64,000 bases of DNA from Nibricoccus sp. (GTDB lineage: Bacteria > Verrucomicrobiota > Verrucomicrobiia > Opitutales > Opitutaceae), in contig JASGHG010000001.1 of the NCBI GenBank assembly GCA_047602425.1, positions 2,528,001 through 2,592,000 on the forward strand. The letters run 5' to 3'. Made by a program: the position numbers and the translations under genes. How positions within the stretch are numbered: position 1 is the stretch's first letter; every line of letters starts with the position of its first letter. Below the pieces are notes generated by a model that worked only from the letters and a program-made list of their open reading frames with translations, did not search any database and had not been told where the DNA came from. Of this stretch, positions 10,362 to 19,428 are shown piece after piece.

Positions 10362-10373
10362 CAAGCTGCCGCC
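10362..10373 (-). promoter_or_regulatory. ops-like element (GGCGGCAGCTTG) in the operon leader
   Basis: One mismatch to GGCGGTAGnnTG; 30 nt upstream of the RfaH-like start codon. Confidence 0.5.
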
Positions 10374-10783
10374 ATCTCGGTGCATCCAGCTTTTGACTGG
10401 AAGGAAACCGGTGCTTTTCGACAGCGTTCGTGGCTGAGCTGACATTGCTTAGGTGGAGCGGGGCACAACCGGGGTCGTGGCCGTTCTTGAGGAATGAGAA
10501 AAGGAAGCGGGACGTTCGACGGAGGCGTACACCGATGCACGCACACGGGCGGAAAGGATCGAATAGCGCGCTTCGTGGGGACGATAGGAACTGGTTTTAC
10601 GGTCAAGCGTGGACGGCAGAGTCAGGTTCGCACGCAAGTCGGCGGAATTCTGGGGTGTTCCAGCCGTTTGGTATCGAACTTGGTTTGCATTATTCACGCC
10701 TCCTGCAATCGCCCTACTGACGTAAGTAAACAATTCTAAAACCCTTCTGCGTCTCAAAACCGGGCTTACCCCGAAGAATAGTT

Positions 10784-10798
10784 TAGGGGTTTCCCCTA
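10784..10798. promoter_or_regulatory. Perfect palindrome TAGGGG-N3-CCCCTA, candidate operator
   Basis: Inverted repeat in the long non-coding region upstream of the EPS operon. Confidence 0.35.
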
Positions 10799-11134
10799 GT
10801 TGTCATTCGGGGCGGAAGTTTTCGCGCCGGTGGCGGTTGGGTAACTTATGTAACGGTTATGTGCCTCGGGAACGGGTGCGGATTGTGAATAACTTCCGAC
10901 TAACCCCAGTAAATAGATGGAAATCATTGGGAAGCATCTCACCTATTTTTGGTGTGCGCTTTTGAAGAGCACACACGGGACTTCCCCTACGGGGGGGTGA
11001 GGGAGGTCAAGACCCCATTTCGTGGTGCACGACTCCCGTTTAAGCGGTTGCGGCGCTGTCCGGCGGGCTTGTATTCTAAATTCGGATACCAAATTAACCG
11101 TTCGCCAAGGCTGCGTTTTGACTCTGGCTGATGG

Positions 11135-11827
11135 TTATTTGGCTTTGACAGCCTTCAGCACGACGAGGGTCAGCGGTATTTTTTGCGTGAGCGGCGGATG
11201 ATCGGGACGCGCAAGTTGAAGGGTGATTTCGGCGCGAGTCGAAGCGGCGGAGGGCTTGGGCGTGACCTGCAGGGTGGCGGGTGTGACGGTTTCCTCGAGT
11301 TTTAGTTCAAACTGGTCGTTGTCGCAGGTGGCGGTCAACTTGGCGGACGCGACGTCGTTCACAACGATGGTTATGGTTTTGCTCGTGTAGGGAGGACGGG
11401 ACCAAACGAGCTCACGCGGAGTTACGACAATTGCAGACGCGCTTGTCGTGAGAGGTGTGCCGCCGGAGGGAAGGTCCGCGGTGATTTTCAGAACGTAAGG
11501 CGGGGTGTCGGGCTCGCTGGTTTGGAGACTAATGGTATGGGTGTGGCGGCCCTGGCTGAGGCCAATGGTGTAGGTGGCTGTGATGACGCCCGTTTCGCCG
11601 GGCTGGTATTCTGTTTTGTCAGCCGTGGCCTTGGTGCAGCCGCAGGAGGTAGCGAGTTGCACGATCCATACGGGAGCGGGGCCGGAGTTGGTGAAGGTGT
11701 ATTGAGCCTGAAGTTCCTTGTCCTGCGGGCCGGCTTTGACGACGAGATCGGTGGTGGTGAACCGCAAACTGGCGGAGGCCACCACAACGGGTAGAAGGAA
11801 AAACAGGACGGATAGCCGGCAAAACAT
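11135..11827 (-). CDS. DUF1573 (Ig-like) domain exported protein
   Basis: Signal peptide; YTFTNSG...TSCGCT...PGETG motif; likely start MFCRL. Confidence 0.75.
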   Translation of the reverse strand: MFCRLSVLFFLLPVVVASASLRFTTTDLVVKAGPQDKELQAQYTFTNSGPAPVWIVQLATSCGCTKATADKTEYQPGETGVITATYTIGLSQGRHTHTISLQTSEPDTPPYVLKITADLPSGGTPLTTSASAIVVTPRELVWSRPPYTSKTITIVVNDVASAKLTATCDNDQFELKLEETVTPATLQVTPKPSAASTRAEITLQLARPDHPPLTQKIPLTLVVLKAVKAK

Positions 11828-11909
11828 GGCACTTGGAGCAATTTGAAATTTGAAAGTGACTGGGGGTTTGGTCATGAAATCGCAGCCCGAAAAGTTTACT
11901 CCTGTCTTC

Positions 11910-12683
11910 ATGTACCTCGATAAAAAAGTAGTGGTGATCATGCCTGCGTACAACGCTGCGAAAACTTTGCAGCGCACCTATGACGAGGTGATGGCGCAGG
12001 GGGTGGTCGACGAGGTCATCGTGGTCGACGACGCCAGCCGGGACGAGACGGTGGCTCTGGCCCGAACTCTGCCGCGGACGCAGGTCATCGTGCATCCGAA
12101 AAACCTGGGTTACGGGGGTAACCAGAAAACATGCTACACTGCGGCGCTGGCATCGGGCGCGGATATCGTGATCATGGTGCATCCAGATTATCAATACACG
12201 CCCAAGCTCATTCCCGCCATGGTGTCGATCATCGCGAATGGAGTTTATCCCTGCGTGATCGGCAGTCGGATTCTGGGCAACTATGCGTTGAGAGGCGGTA
12301 TGCCCGGGTGGAAATACGTGGCAAACCGCGGCCTGACGTTGCTGGAGAATATTTTGTTTGGTGCGAAACTATCGGAGTACCACACGGGATACCGGGCATT
12401 TTCACGCGAGGTGCTGGAGCGCGTGCCCTGGCAGGGAAATTCGGACGACTTCGTTTTCGACAACCAGATGTTGGGACAGATTCTCTGGTGCGGCTTCATG
12501 ATCGCGGAGGTCAGTTGTCCGACGAAATATTTCGCCGAAGCGTCGTCGATCAATTTCCGACGGAGTGTGCGCTATGGCCTGGGCTGTCTGGCGACGGCGG
12601 CGCGGTTTCGACTGGCGCGTATCGGCCTGATGGGCTCGCGAATTTTCCCGCGCGAACTGCAGGGCGAGCCATTCAGGGAGTAG
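11910..12683 (+). CDS. GT2, polyprenol-phosphate-sugar synthase (DPM1/Ppm1-like)
   Basis: MPAYN, VVDDAS, NLGYGG, HPDYQY, GSR, GYRAF motifs of DPM-synthase-like GT2s. Confidence 0.8.
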   Translation: MYLDKKVVVIMPAYNAAKTLQRTYDEVMAQGVVDEVIVVDDASRDETVALARTLPRTQVIVHPKNLGYGGNQKTCYTAALASGADIVIMVHPDYQYTPKLIPAMVSIIANGVYPCVIGSRILGNYALRGGMPGWKYVANRGLTLLENILFGAKLSEYHTGYRAFSREVLERVPWQGNSDDFVFDNQMLGQILWCGFMIAEVSCPTKYFAEASSINFRRSVRYGLGCLATAARFRLARIGLMGSRIFPRELQGEPFRE

Positions 12684-14883
12684 TGCGCCAGGGGCGTTCG
12701 GCTTCGTAGGCCGCGAGTTGGGCCTGAAGAAGATCGGCGAGGAGCTGACGATCCGTCGTGGCGATGACGGGGCGGAGGGTGTCGGCGGCTTGGGTATATT
12801 GGCCGGTTTCGGCGAGGGCGGCGGCGAGGATTTGGAGCACCTGATTGTTGCGACCGGAAAAGTGATTGTTAACGGCGGTAGCGAGTCGGAGTGCCTGCGG
12901 ACCGTCGCGGAGCGTGTCGTTGGAGGCCGTCGCAAGGAGCCACGCGAGATTGCAGGCGGCGTCGAGCTCAGCGGGATTGTTGGCGATGGCGGATTGGTAG
13001 GCGCGAATGGCGCCGGCAGGGTCGTGGGCGGCAAGCAGCAGGTGGCCGAGCGCGGTCTGGGCGCGACCGAAGGTGGGATCGAGAGCGATGGCGCGTTCGA
13101 GATGGGACTGGGCCTTGGCCGTCCGATTGAGGGCTAGAAGAGCTTGCGCGAGATTGAAATGGCGGGGGGCAGAATCGGGCTGTTGAGCGAGTGCTTTTTC
13201 GAAAAGCGGAAACGCCTCGGCCGGCCGGTTCAGAGCCAAGAGGGCGCTGGCGTAATTGGTCAGCGCATCGGGATTTTCAGGCCGGAGCGAGAGGGCATGG
13301 CGGGCGTGCGGAAGAGCGTCAGCGGGACGATTCTGGTCGAGGAGAAGTCCCGCGAGGTTGACGTGGGCGTCGACATATTCAGGACGAAGCTCAACGGCTT
13401 TCTGAAAATGAGGAAGAGCCTCGGCGGACTGATGTTGAATGAGCAGCAGGGCGCCGAGATTGTAGTGCGCTTGGGCGAGATTTGGACGGATTTGCAATGC
13501 CTGTTGATAAAGAGCGCGCGCTTCGTCGAGCCGACCTTGGTCGCGCAGGGCGTTGCCGAGATTGTTGTGGATTTCAGCGAAGGCGGGTTGAAGTTGGCGG
13601 GCCTTTTGGAGGTGGAAAATGGCTTCGGCAAGTTGGCCGCGTTGGTGAAGATGAAGTCCGAGGTTGCTATGGGCGACGAAGCAGCTGGGGTTTTTTGCGA
13701 GCGTGTCGCGCCAGATCGTCTCGGTGTTGCGGTAGATATGGCTCTGGTGCCAGGTTGTGGTTGCGAGCGCAACGAGCAGGACGAAGCTGAGTGTGCGTGG
13801 AACGGCCGCATTGAAGGGAAGCCAATGCCTGAGCAAGGTGGCAAAGACGCTGGAGACAGCCGCAATGAAGCCGAGGCTGGCGAGATAGACGTAATGATCG
13901 GCCACGAACGAATAGCGGAACGGATAGACGTTGAGAAAACCGAGGGCGGGAAAGAGCGTGCCGGCGAAAAGAAGCGTGGTCGCGAGCGGACCGCGTCGGC
14001 GGGTTCGAAGTATCCATAATCCGGCTACGAGCAGGACCGCGGCGACGGGGAAAAGAAATTGCCAGACGGAGGCTTCGTTTAAATTCCAGCGCGGATAAAT
14101 GAAGGTAAGGTTTGCGGGCCAGAAAAGTTTTCCCAGGTAAAACCAAAAGGCACGGCCCGCGATAAGAAGCCGCTGAATGGTGCCCAAGTCGAAGTCCGCG
14201 CCCTCGGCGCCGATGAACCGCCGTTCGATCCAGGCGGTGAACAATCCTGAACCAATACCGAGGAGAAAAAACGGCAGCAGGGGGAAAACGTCGCGTTGCG
14301 GCGAGAGCCGCCCGCGCTGCCACCAGAGAACAACCAAAAGAGCGGCGGGCAGGCTGGCGGTGACACTTTTGGAAAGAAGGGCCAGGATGAACAGAACGAG
14401 GGCGATGAAATAGTCGGTACACCGTCGGTCTTGATCGAAGCGCAACCAGGCCAGCGCGGCGCCGAGATAAAAGGCGGTCGAGAGCGTATTTTTGAGTTCG
14501 GAGATCCAGGCGACAGATTCGGCGTGGACGGGATGCAGGGCAAAGATCGCCGCCGCGAGCCACGCGCCGGGAAGGGCGAGGCGTTGAAGAATTCTAAAAA
14601 ACAAAAACGCGCATAAAACGTGCAGCGCAAGATTGGTGAAATGGTATCCAGGCATTGCATGTCCCCATAGACGATTCTGCAGCCAGAAGGCGGTGTGGGT
14701 GACAGGGTAGTATTGGGATACCGCGCCTGGTTCGGTCCAGATGCGGACGAGGCCATGGAAGGAGGCAAATTCCGGCGAAGTAAGATGATCGTCGTCGTCG
14801 AAAACGGCGTCGCCACGCCAGGCCGGTTGGTAAGCCAAAAACGTGACAACGACCAAAACTAAACCTAAGAGCCAAGAACGCAT
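12673..14883 (-). CDS. TMTC-like GT-C glycosyltransferase with C-terminal TPRs
   Basis: FDDDDH after TM1, HPVHAESVAWISELK, LLSK, ADHY; multi-TM N-terminal half and multiple TPRs. Confidence 0.8.
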   Translation of the reverse strand: MRSWLLGLVLVVVTFLAYQPAWRGDAVFDDDDHLTSPEFASFHGLVRIWTEPGAVSQYYPVTHTAFWLQNRLWGHAMPGYHFTNLALHVLCAFLFFRILQRLALPGAWLAAAIFALHPVHAESVAWISELKNTLSTAFYLGAALAWLRFDQDRRCTDYFIALVLFILALLSKSVTASLPAALLVVLWWQRGRLSPQRDVFPLLPFFLLGIGSGLFTAWIERRFIGAEGADFDLGTIQRLLIAGRAFWFYLGKLFWPANLTFIYPRWNLNEASVWQFLFPVAAVLLVAGLWILRTRRRGPLATTLLFAGTLFPALGFLNVYPFRYSFVADHYVYLASLGFIAAVSSVFATLLRHWLPFNAAVPRTLSFVLLVALATTTWHQSHIYRNTETIWRDTLAKNPSCFVAHSNLGLHLHQRGQLAEAIFHLQKARQLQPAFAEIHNNLGNALRDQGRLDEARALYQQALQIRPNLAQAHYNLGALLLIQHQSAEALPHFQKAVELRPEYVDAHVNLAGLLLDQNRPADALPHARHALSLRPENPDALTNYASALLALNRPAEAFPLFEKALAQQPDSAPRHFNLAQALLALNRTAKAQSHLERAIALDPTFGRAQTALGHLLLAAHDPAGAIRAYQSAIANNPAELDAACNLAWLLATASNDTLRDGPQALRLATAVNNHFSGRNNQVLQILAAALAETGQYTQAADTLRPVIATTDRQLLADLLQAQLAAYEAERPWRTTP

Positions 14884-14924
14884 GTATGACAGGTGTGCGG
14901 GCGGGGCAGGGAACTCTCTGAATC

Positions 14925-17036
14925 TTATTTCGGGGGGAACTGCTGGCGGAGGGCTTCGGCCAGTGTGGTGTCTCCGGTCGCAATGGCGAGAGCAAGCGCG
15001 CGGTTCGCGACCTCGGCAGCTTCGGCTTCACGGCCGCCTTGTCGCAACGCCAGCGCCAGGTTCGCCTGCATGCGGGGATTGGCGGGTTGGAGCCGCAGGG
15101 CGGTTTCGAAATGGACGATGGCGGCGGCGAAATCGCCTTGTTGCAGGCGGGCGACGGCGAGGGCATTGAGCGCATCGATGTCATGGGGCGCAGCGGCGAG
15201 CGCTTGTTCGAAATGAAGGGCGGCGTCGGCGGGAAGATTTTGTTGGAGCAGGAGATTGCCGAGATGAAAATGGGCATTGGCATGCCGCGGATTCAGTTTT
15301 AGCGCGTTTTCAAGATGGGCGCGCGCTTCGTCGGCGCGGTTGATTTGCGCCAAAACGAAGCCGAGATTGCTATGCGCATCGGCGAGATCCGGTTGAAGTG
15401 CGAGGGCTTTTTCGTAACTGGCGATGGCGGTTTGAAAATCGTTTTTTTGGAGGTAGGCATTGCCTAGGTTAAGCGCTGGCAGGGCGGATTCCGTTTGGAG
15501 CGCAGCGGCCTGGTTGAGCGCAGCGACGGCTTCGTCGAGACGACCGAGTTGGAGCAACGTGGTGCCAAGATTGTAATGAGCATGGCCAAGGTGAGGCTGG
15601 AGTTGGATCGCCTGCTGATAGTGAGCGATAGCGTCCTGCGGGCGCTGTTTTAGAAGAAGCGCGTTGCCGAAATCGACGTGGGCTTCGGCGTAGCGAGGAT
15701 GGATCGCCAGGGTTTTCTCAAATTGTTCGATGGCCTCGTCGACGCGAGCGGAATGGAGCAGGGAGGAACCGAGGTTGTAGTGCGCGACAAAGTTGTTGCG
15801 GGTGACGGCGAGCGTGTGGCGGAAAAGTGTTTCGCTATTGTGCCAATGACGGAGTTGGGCACGCGTCAGAAACCCCAGGGCGATAACGGCTGAAACGACA
15901 ACAAGGGACAGGCAGGTTTGGGAAAGTTTATCTTTGGCGAGAAGTTCGGCTATCCCCCATACGAACAGAATCAAAAGGCCGATCGATGGCAGGTAGGTGT
16001 AACGATCGGCCATGGACTGGCTGCCGACCTGAATCAAGCCGATGACTGGGATTAGCATGCCGGTGAACCAAAACCAACCCAGTGCGACAAACGGTTTGGC
16101 TTGTGCTTGTTTTACGGCAAAAACGGTGACCGCAATAAGGCAGACGAGTGCGATCAGCGGCGTTGTAACGGTCCATTGAGAGGGTTGAGGATAATAAATT
16201 GCGAGGTCGACAGGCCGAAAAGTGAGGCCGAGGTATTGAAGGTAGGCGACGCAGGCGTTTTCGAGCCGTTGGAAAAAGGAAAGGCTCGTGAAGGCGCGGA
16301 CGGCACCGCCTTGGTTTTGGGCGTGGTAGGTGGCGACGCAGGAAGCGGCGCTCAGGGCAAAAAAAGGAAGTTTTTCGCGAAGCAGCGGTTTAAGAAAAAC
16401 CGTTCGCCCGAGGGGCCAGACATCAAGCAGCAGCAGGACGCACGGCAGAGTGACAAGCATGGGTTTGCTCAGAAGGCCAAGGGCAGAAAGCGCCAGCGTG
16501 ACTACGTACCATACGGTGCGCCGCTGCGACTTTTTCGTGTAATGCGCGTATGAATACAGCGTAAGCAGGAAGAAGAACGCGCTGAGCACATCCTTGCGTT
16601 CGGAAACCCAGGAGACCGACTCGACGCGCAAGGGGTGCAGGGCGAAGAGAGCGGCGACGCCGGCGCTGCGCCAGAGAGAACCGGTGAGCCGACGCAACAG
16701 GAGCAACACGAGAACGGCGTTGGCGACGTGCAGCGCGAGGTTGACGCCGTGGGGTCCTCGGGGGCCTGGGCCGAACAGCGTCATATCGACCATGTGCGAA
16801 AGCCACGTGAGCGGATGCCAGTTGCAGGCATGAAAGGTTTTGAAGGCCCATTTTATCCCCGACCAAGTCAGGCCAGCCCGTACGTGGGGATTGTCCGTAA
16901 CGTAGTCAGCGTCATCGAGGGAAATGAACGGAAGGCGTGCGACCGGGAGGAAGGTGATCCAGACGACGATGGCAAGGGCAAGCGCCACTACCCACACGTG
17001 CCAGGCGGGACGTAGTGACTGGCCGCGCGTTTGCAT
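14925..17036 (-). CDS. TMTC-like GT-C glycosyltransferase with C-terminal TPRs
   Basis: LDDADYV, NWHPLTWLSH, HPLRVESVSWVSERKD, ADRYTY; TPRs; likely start MQTRG. Confidence 0.8.
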   Translation of the reverse strand: MQTRGQSLRPAWHVWVVALALAIVVWITFLPVARLPFISLDDADYVTDNPHVRAGLTWSGIKWAFKTFHACNWHPLTWLSHMVDMTLFGPGPRGPHGVNLALHVANAVLVLLLLRRLTGSLWRSAGVAALFALHPLRVESVSWVSERKDVLSAFFFLLTLYSYAHYTKKSQRRTVWYVVTLALSALGLLSKPMLVTLPCVLLLLDVWPLGRTVFLKPLLREKLPFFALSAASCVATYHAQNQGGAVRAFTSLSFFQRLENACVAYLQYLGLTFRPVDLAIYYPQPSQWTVTTPLIALVCLIAVTVFAVKQAQAKPFVALGWFWFTGMLIPVIGLIQVGSQSMADRYTYLPSIGLLILFVWGIAELLAKDKLSQTCLSLVVVSAVIALGFLTRAQLRHWHNSETLFRHTLAVTRNNFVAHYNLGSSLLHSARVDEAIEQFEKTLAIHPRYAEAHVDFGNALLLKQRPQDAIAHYQQAIQLQPHLGHAHYNLGTTLLQLGRLDEAVAALNQAAALQTESALPALNLGNAYLQKNDFQTAIASYEKALALQPDLADAHSNLGFVLAQINRADEARAHLENALKLNPRHANAHFHLGNLLLQQNLPADAALHFEQALAAAPHDIDALNALAVARLQQGDFAAAIVHFETALRLQPANPRMQANLALALRQGGREAEAAEVANRALALAIATGDTTLAEALRQQFPPK

Positions 17037-17076
17037 TGGATGTTCCAAATGGTTTCGGAATGTCGCCTCTGCGGCT

Positions 17077-19428
17077 CTACGGTGCAGCGAGGCCCGGGTG
17101 GCCGACACTGTTGAGCCAGGCTTGGGCGGCGGCGGGGTTATTTTTCATCCAGTAGCGGGCAACACTTTCGATGGCCGACTGCCGCTGCTGGGGATTTTCG
17201 ATTTTTTCAGCCCAGCGCGAGGCGAACTCCGGACGCTCAACGGCAATCGCCTCCGTGTAGGAGGACAGAGCCTTGTCGCGACCCTGACCGGCCGGAAGAG
17301 CGAGGATCCATTTGCCGGTATTAACCGGATCCTGACGTCCCCAGTTTTCGGCGAGGGAGTTGACGGCGGTGTCACGGGCCTGGCCGGCCGGCAGCGTGGC
17401 CGCCCAATTGGCGGTGGACGTAGGATCGGATTTTGCCCAATTTTCAACGAGCACACCGACAGTGACGTCGTTGATTTCACCGCGCGGAAGGCGCGAGGCG
17501 AAGGCGGCCGCGTCCGACGGGCTGTATTGGGAGAGGGCAGAAACGAGGGCGTTGTTGAATTCCTGGCGAAACGCGCCGGGCGGCGTGGCGCGCGCGCTTT
17601 CCATCGCGGCTTGAGGGTTGTCGCGAGCCCACGATTGGGTGATATGACCGATGAGGTCGCTTTGGTTGTCGCCGGGAGGTATTTGCCGGGCGATCTGAAA
17701 ACTGGTGCCGGGATCGGAGTAGACCAGAATGGCACCGATGGTGGCTAGCGCGCCCTGTTTGAGCGGACCCTCGGGCAACTGGCCGGCCCAGGCGAGGGCC
17801 GAGGTGGAATCGTCCCTGGCCCATTGGTTCAGGGCGCCAGTTAGGGCATTGCTCCGAGCTTCTTCTGACGGCAGGGCAGCCGCCCAGGCGATGGCGGCGC
17901 GCGGGTCGGTTTGTGCGCGGGCTTCACCGATTTGAGTGAGCGCGGCGGTTTTGAGCGGGCTTTCCGGCAAGGACTCGATCCAGGCGAGGGCCTGATGCGG
18001 ATCTTCGCGGGCATAGCGTATTATGATGTTGGATACGGCGTCGCGCTGGAGATTGCCGCCGGGCGGGAGGGCTTGGGCGAAAACGGAAGCGAGTTCAGGA
18101 TCCTCGGCGGCCAGTTCGAGGCTGATGGACTTGAGAAGCTCGTTGCGTTCGCTGCCGGTGGAGGTGGTCATGACATGTTCGATGGCGGCATCGGCGTCTT
18201 GTTGGGCGAGGCGGCTGATTGCGGTTGTCAACGTGGTGGTGCGAACGTCTCCGGGCGGCAATTTGCCGGCAAGCGTCAGCGCCTCGCGCGGGTCATTGAG
18301 CGACCAGAGCAAAAGGACGTTGTTGACGATGGTGTTTTTCGCGGTGCCCTCGGGCAGATTTTGCGCATATTCGAGCGCTCCTTTGGCGTCGACGTTGGCC
18401 CAATTGCCGACGATATGACCGAGCACGGTGTCGCGCATGCCTCCGGCGGGAAGGCGTTCGGCGAATTGCAAGGCGCCTTGGGAATCGGTCGCAGGCCAGG
18501 CGGTCGCGGTCATGGTGAGAGCCGCGTTGCGGTCTAGGCCGGCGGGGAGATTGAGCGCATATTCGGCGGCCGCAGAAGGCTGACGCGCGGCCCAATTCAA
18601 CATGACAACGCTGAAAACGGATTTTTTGTCGGCTCCATCCGGCAGCGACGAGACCCAGGCGAGAGCGGCTTCGGGCTGATTCGTGCCCCAGGCGCGCGCA
18701 ATGGCTTCAAGGATGTTGCGACGCTCGACCGATGGAAGTTTGAGCTTGTCGGCGTGGGCAGCCGCCGCCGCAGGATCAGTCTCGGCCCACGTGTTGAAAA
18801 CGGTGGCATAAGCCTCTGAGCGTTGGTTCGGTGGAAGCTGGACAACCAGTTCGAGCGCGATGCGGGGGTTTTGCGAGGACAGGATGGGCAGGGCGAGAAG
18901 GATGGCGTCGTTCCTGACGGCGCCGGCGGGCAATTTGCGAATCCAGGCGGCGGCTTCGAGGGGATTGGTGCGCAGCCAGCCGTTGAGGGCGGCGAGGATC
19001 GAGGCTTCGCGCATGCGGGAAGGCGGAAGTTTTTCCGCGAAAGCGAGGGCAGCGGCGGGATCAAGTTCGGACCAGAGCCCAAGCAAGGTCCGACGGAGCT
19101 CTTCCTGCACGGGATTGAGGACAAGATGGCGGGCTCCGGCGATCAGCCGCGCGAGATCGGCACCGGAGAGGCGGCCGAGAATGGCCGACCACTCGCGTGT
19201 TTGTCGCCAGATCCCTCGCTTGCATTCGAGTTCCAGACGTTCGACCAGTTGGTCGATGGTGAGAGGTTGTGCCGAGCTCTCGGAGACCGTGCCGGAAGAC
19301 TGGGCGGAACCGGAAATTTTGCGTAGGGCGTCGTTGGATACGCGGTTGGCAGGTGCGGTGGCCCGACCGAACCAGAAGCCGGCGGCAATGGTGGCGGCGA
19401 GGGCAAAGGTGAGCGCAAGGGGTTTCAT
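17077..19428 (-). CDS. Exported/anchored alpha-solenoid protein, ~21 repeats of ~32 aa
   Basis: N-terminal hydrophobic anchor; recurring W-x3-DPxAAxxWxxxLPxGxxR unit. Confidence 0.75.
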   Translation of the reverse strand: MKPLALTFALAATIAAGFWFGRATAPANRVSNDALRKISGSAQSSGTVSESSAQPLTIDQLVERLELECKRGIWRQTREWSAILGRLSGADLARLIAGARHLVLNPVQEELRRTLLGLWSELDPAAALAFAEKLPPSRMREASILAALNGWLRTNPLEAAAWIRKLPAGAVRNDAILLALPILSSQNPRIALELVVQLPPNQRSEAYATVFNTWAETDPAAAAAHADKLKLPSVERRNILEAIARAWGTNQPEAALAWVSSLPDGADKKSVFSVVMLNWAARQPSAAAEYALNLPAGLDRNAALTMTATAWPATDSQGALQFAERLPAGGMRDTVLGHIVGNWANVDAKGALEYAQNLPEGTAKNTIVNNVLLLWSLNDPREALTLAGKLPPGDVRTTTLTTAISRLAQQDADAAIEHVMTTSTGSERNELLKSISLELAAEDPELASVFAQALPPGGNLQRDAVSNIIIRYAREDPHQALAWIESLPESPLKTAALTQIGEARAQTDPRAAIAWAAALPSEEARSNALTGALNQWARDDSTSALAWAGQLPEGPLKQGALATIGAILVYSDPGTSFQIARQIPPGDNQSDLIGHITQSWARDNPQAAMESARATPPGAFRQEFNNALVSALSQYSPSDAAAFASRLPRGEINDVTVGVLVENWAKSDPTSTANWAATLPAGQARDTAVNSLAENWGRQDPVNTGKWILALPAGQGRDKALSSYTEAIAVERPEFASRWAEKIENPQQRQSAIESVARYWMKNNPAAAQAWLNSVGHPGLAAP

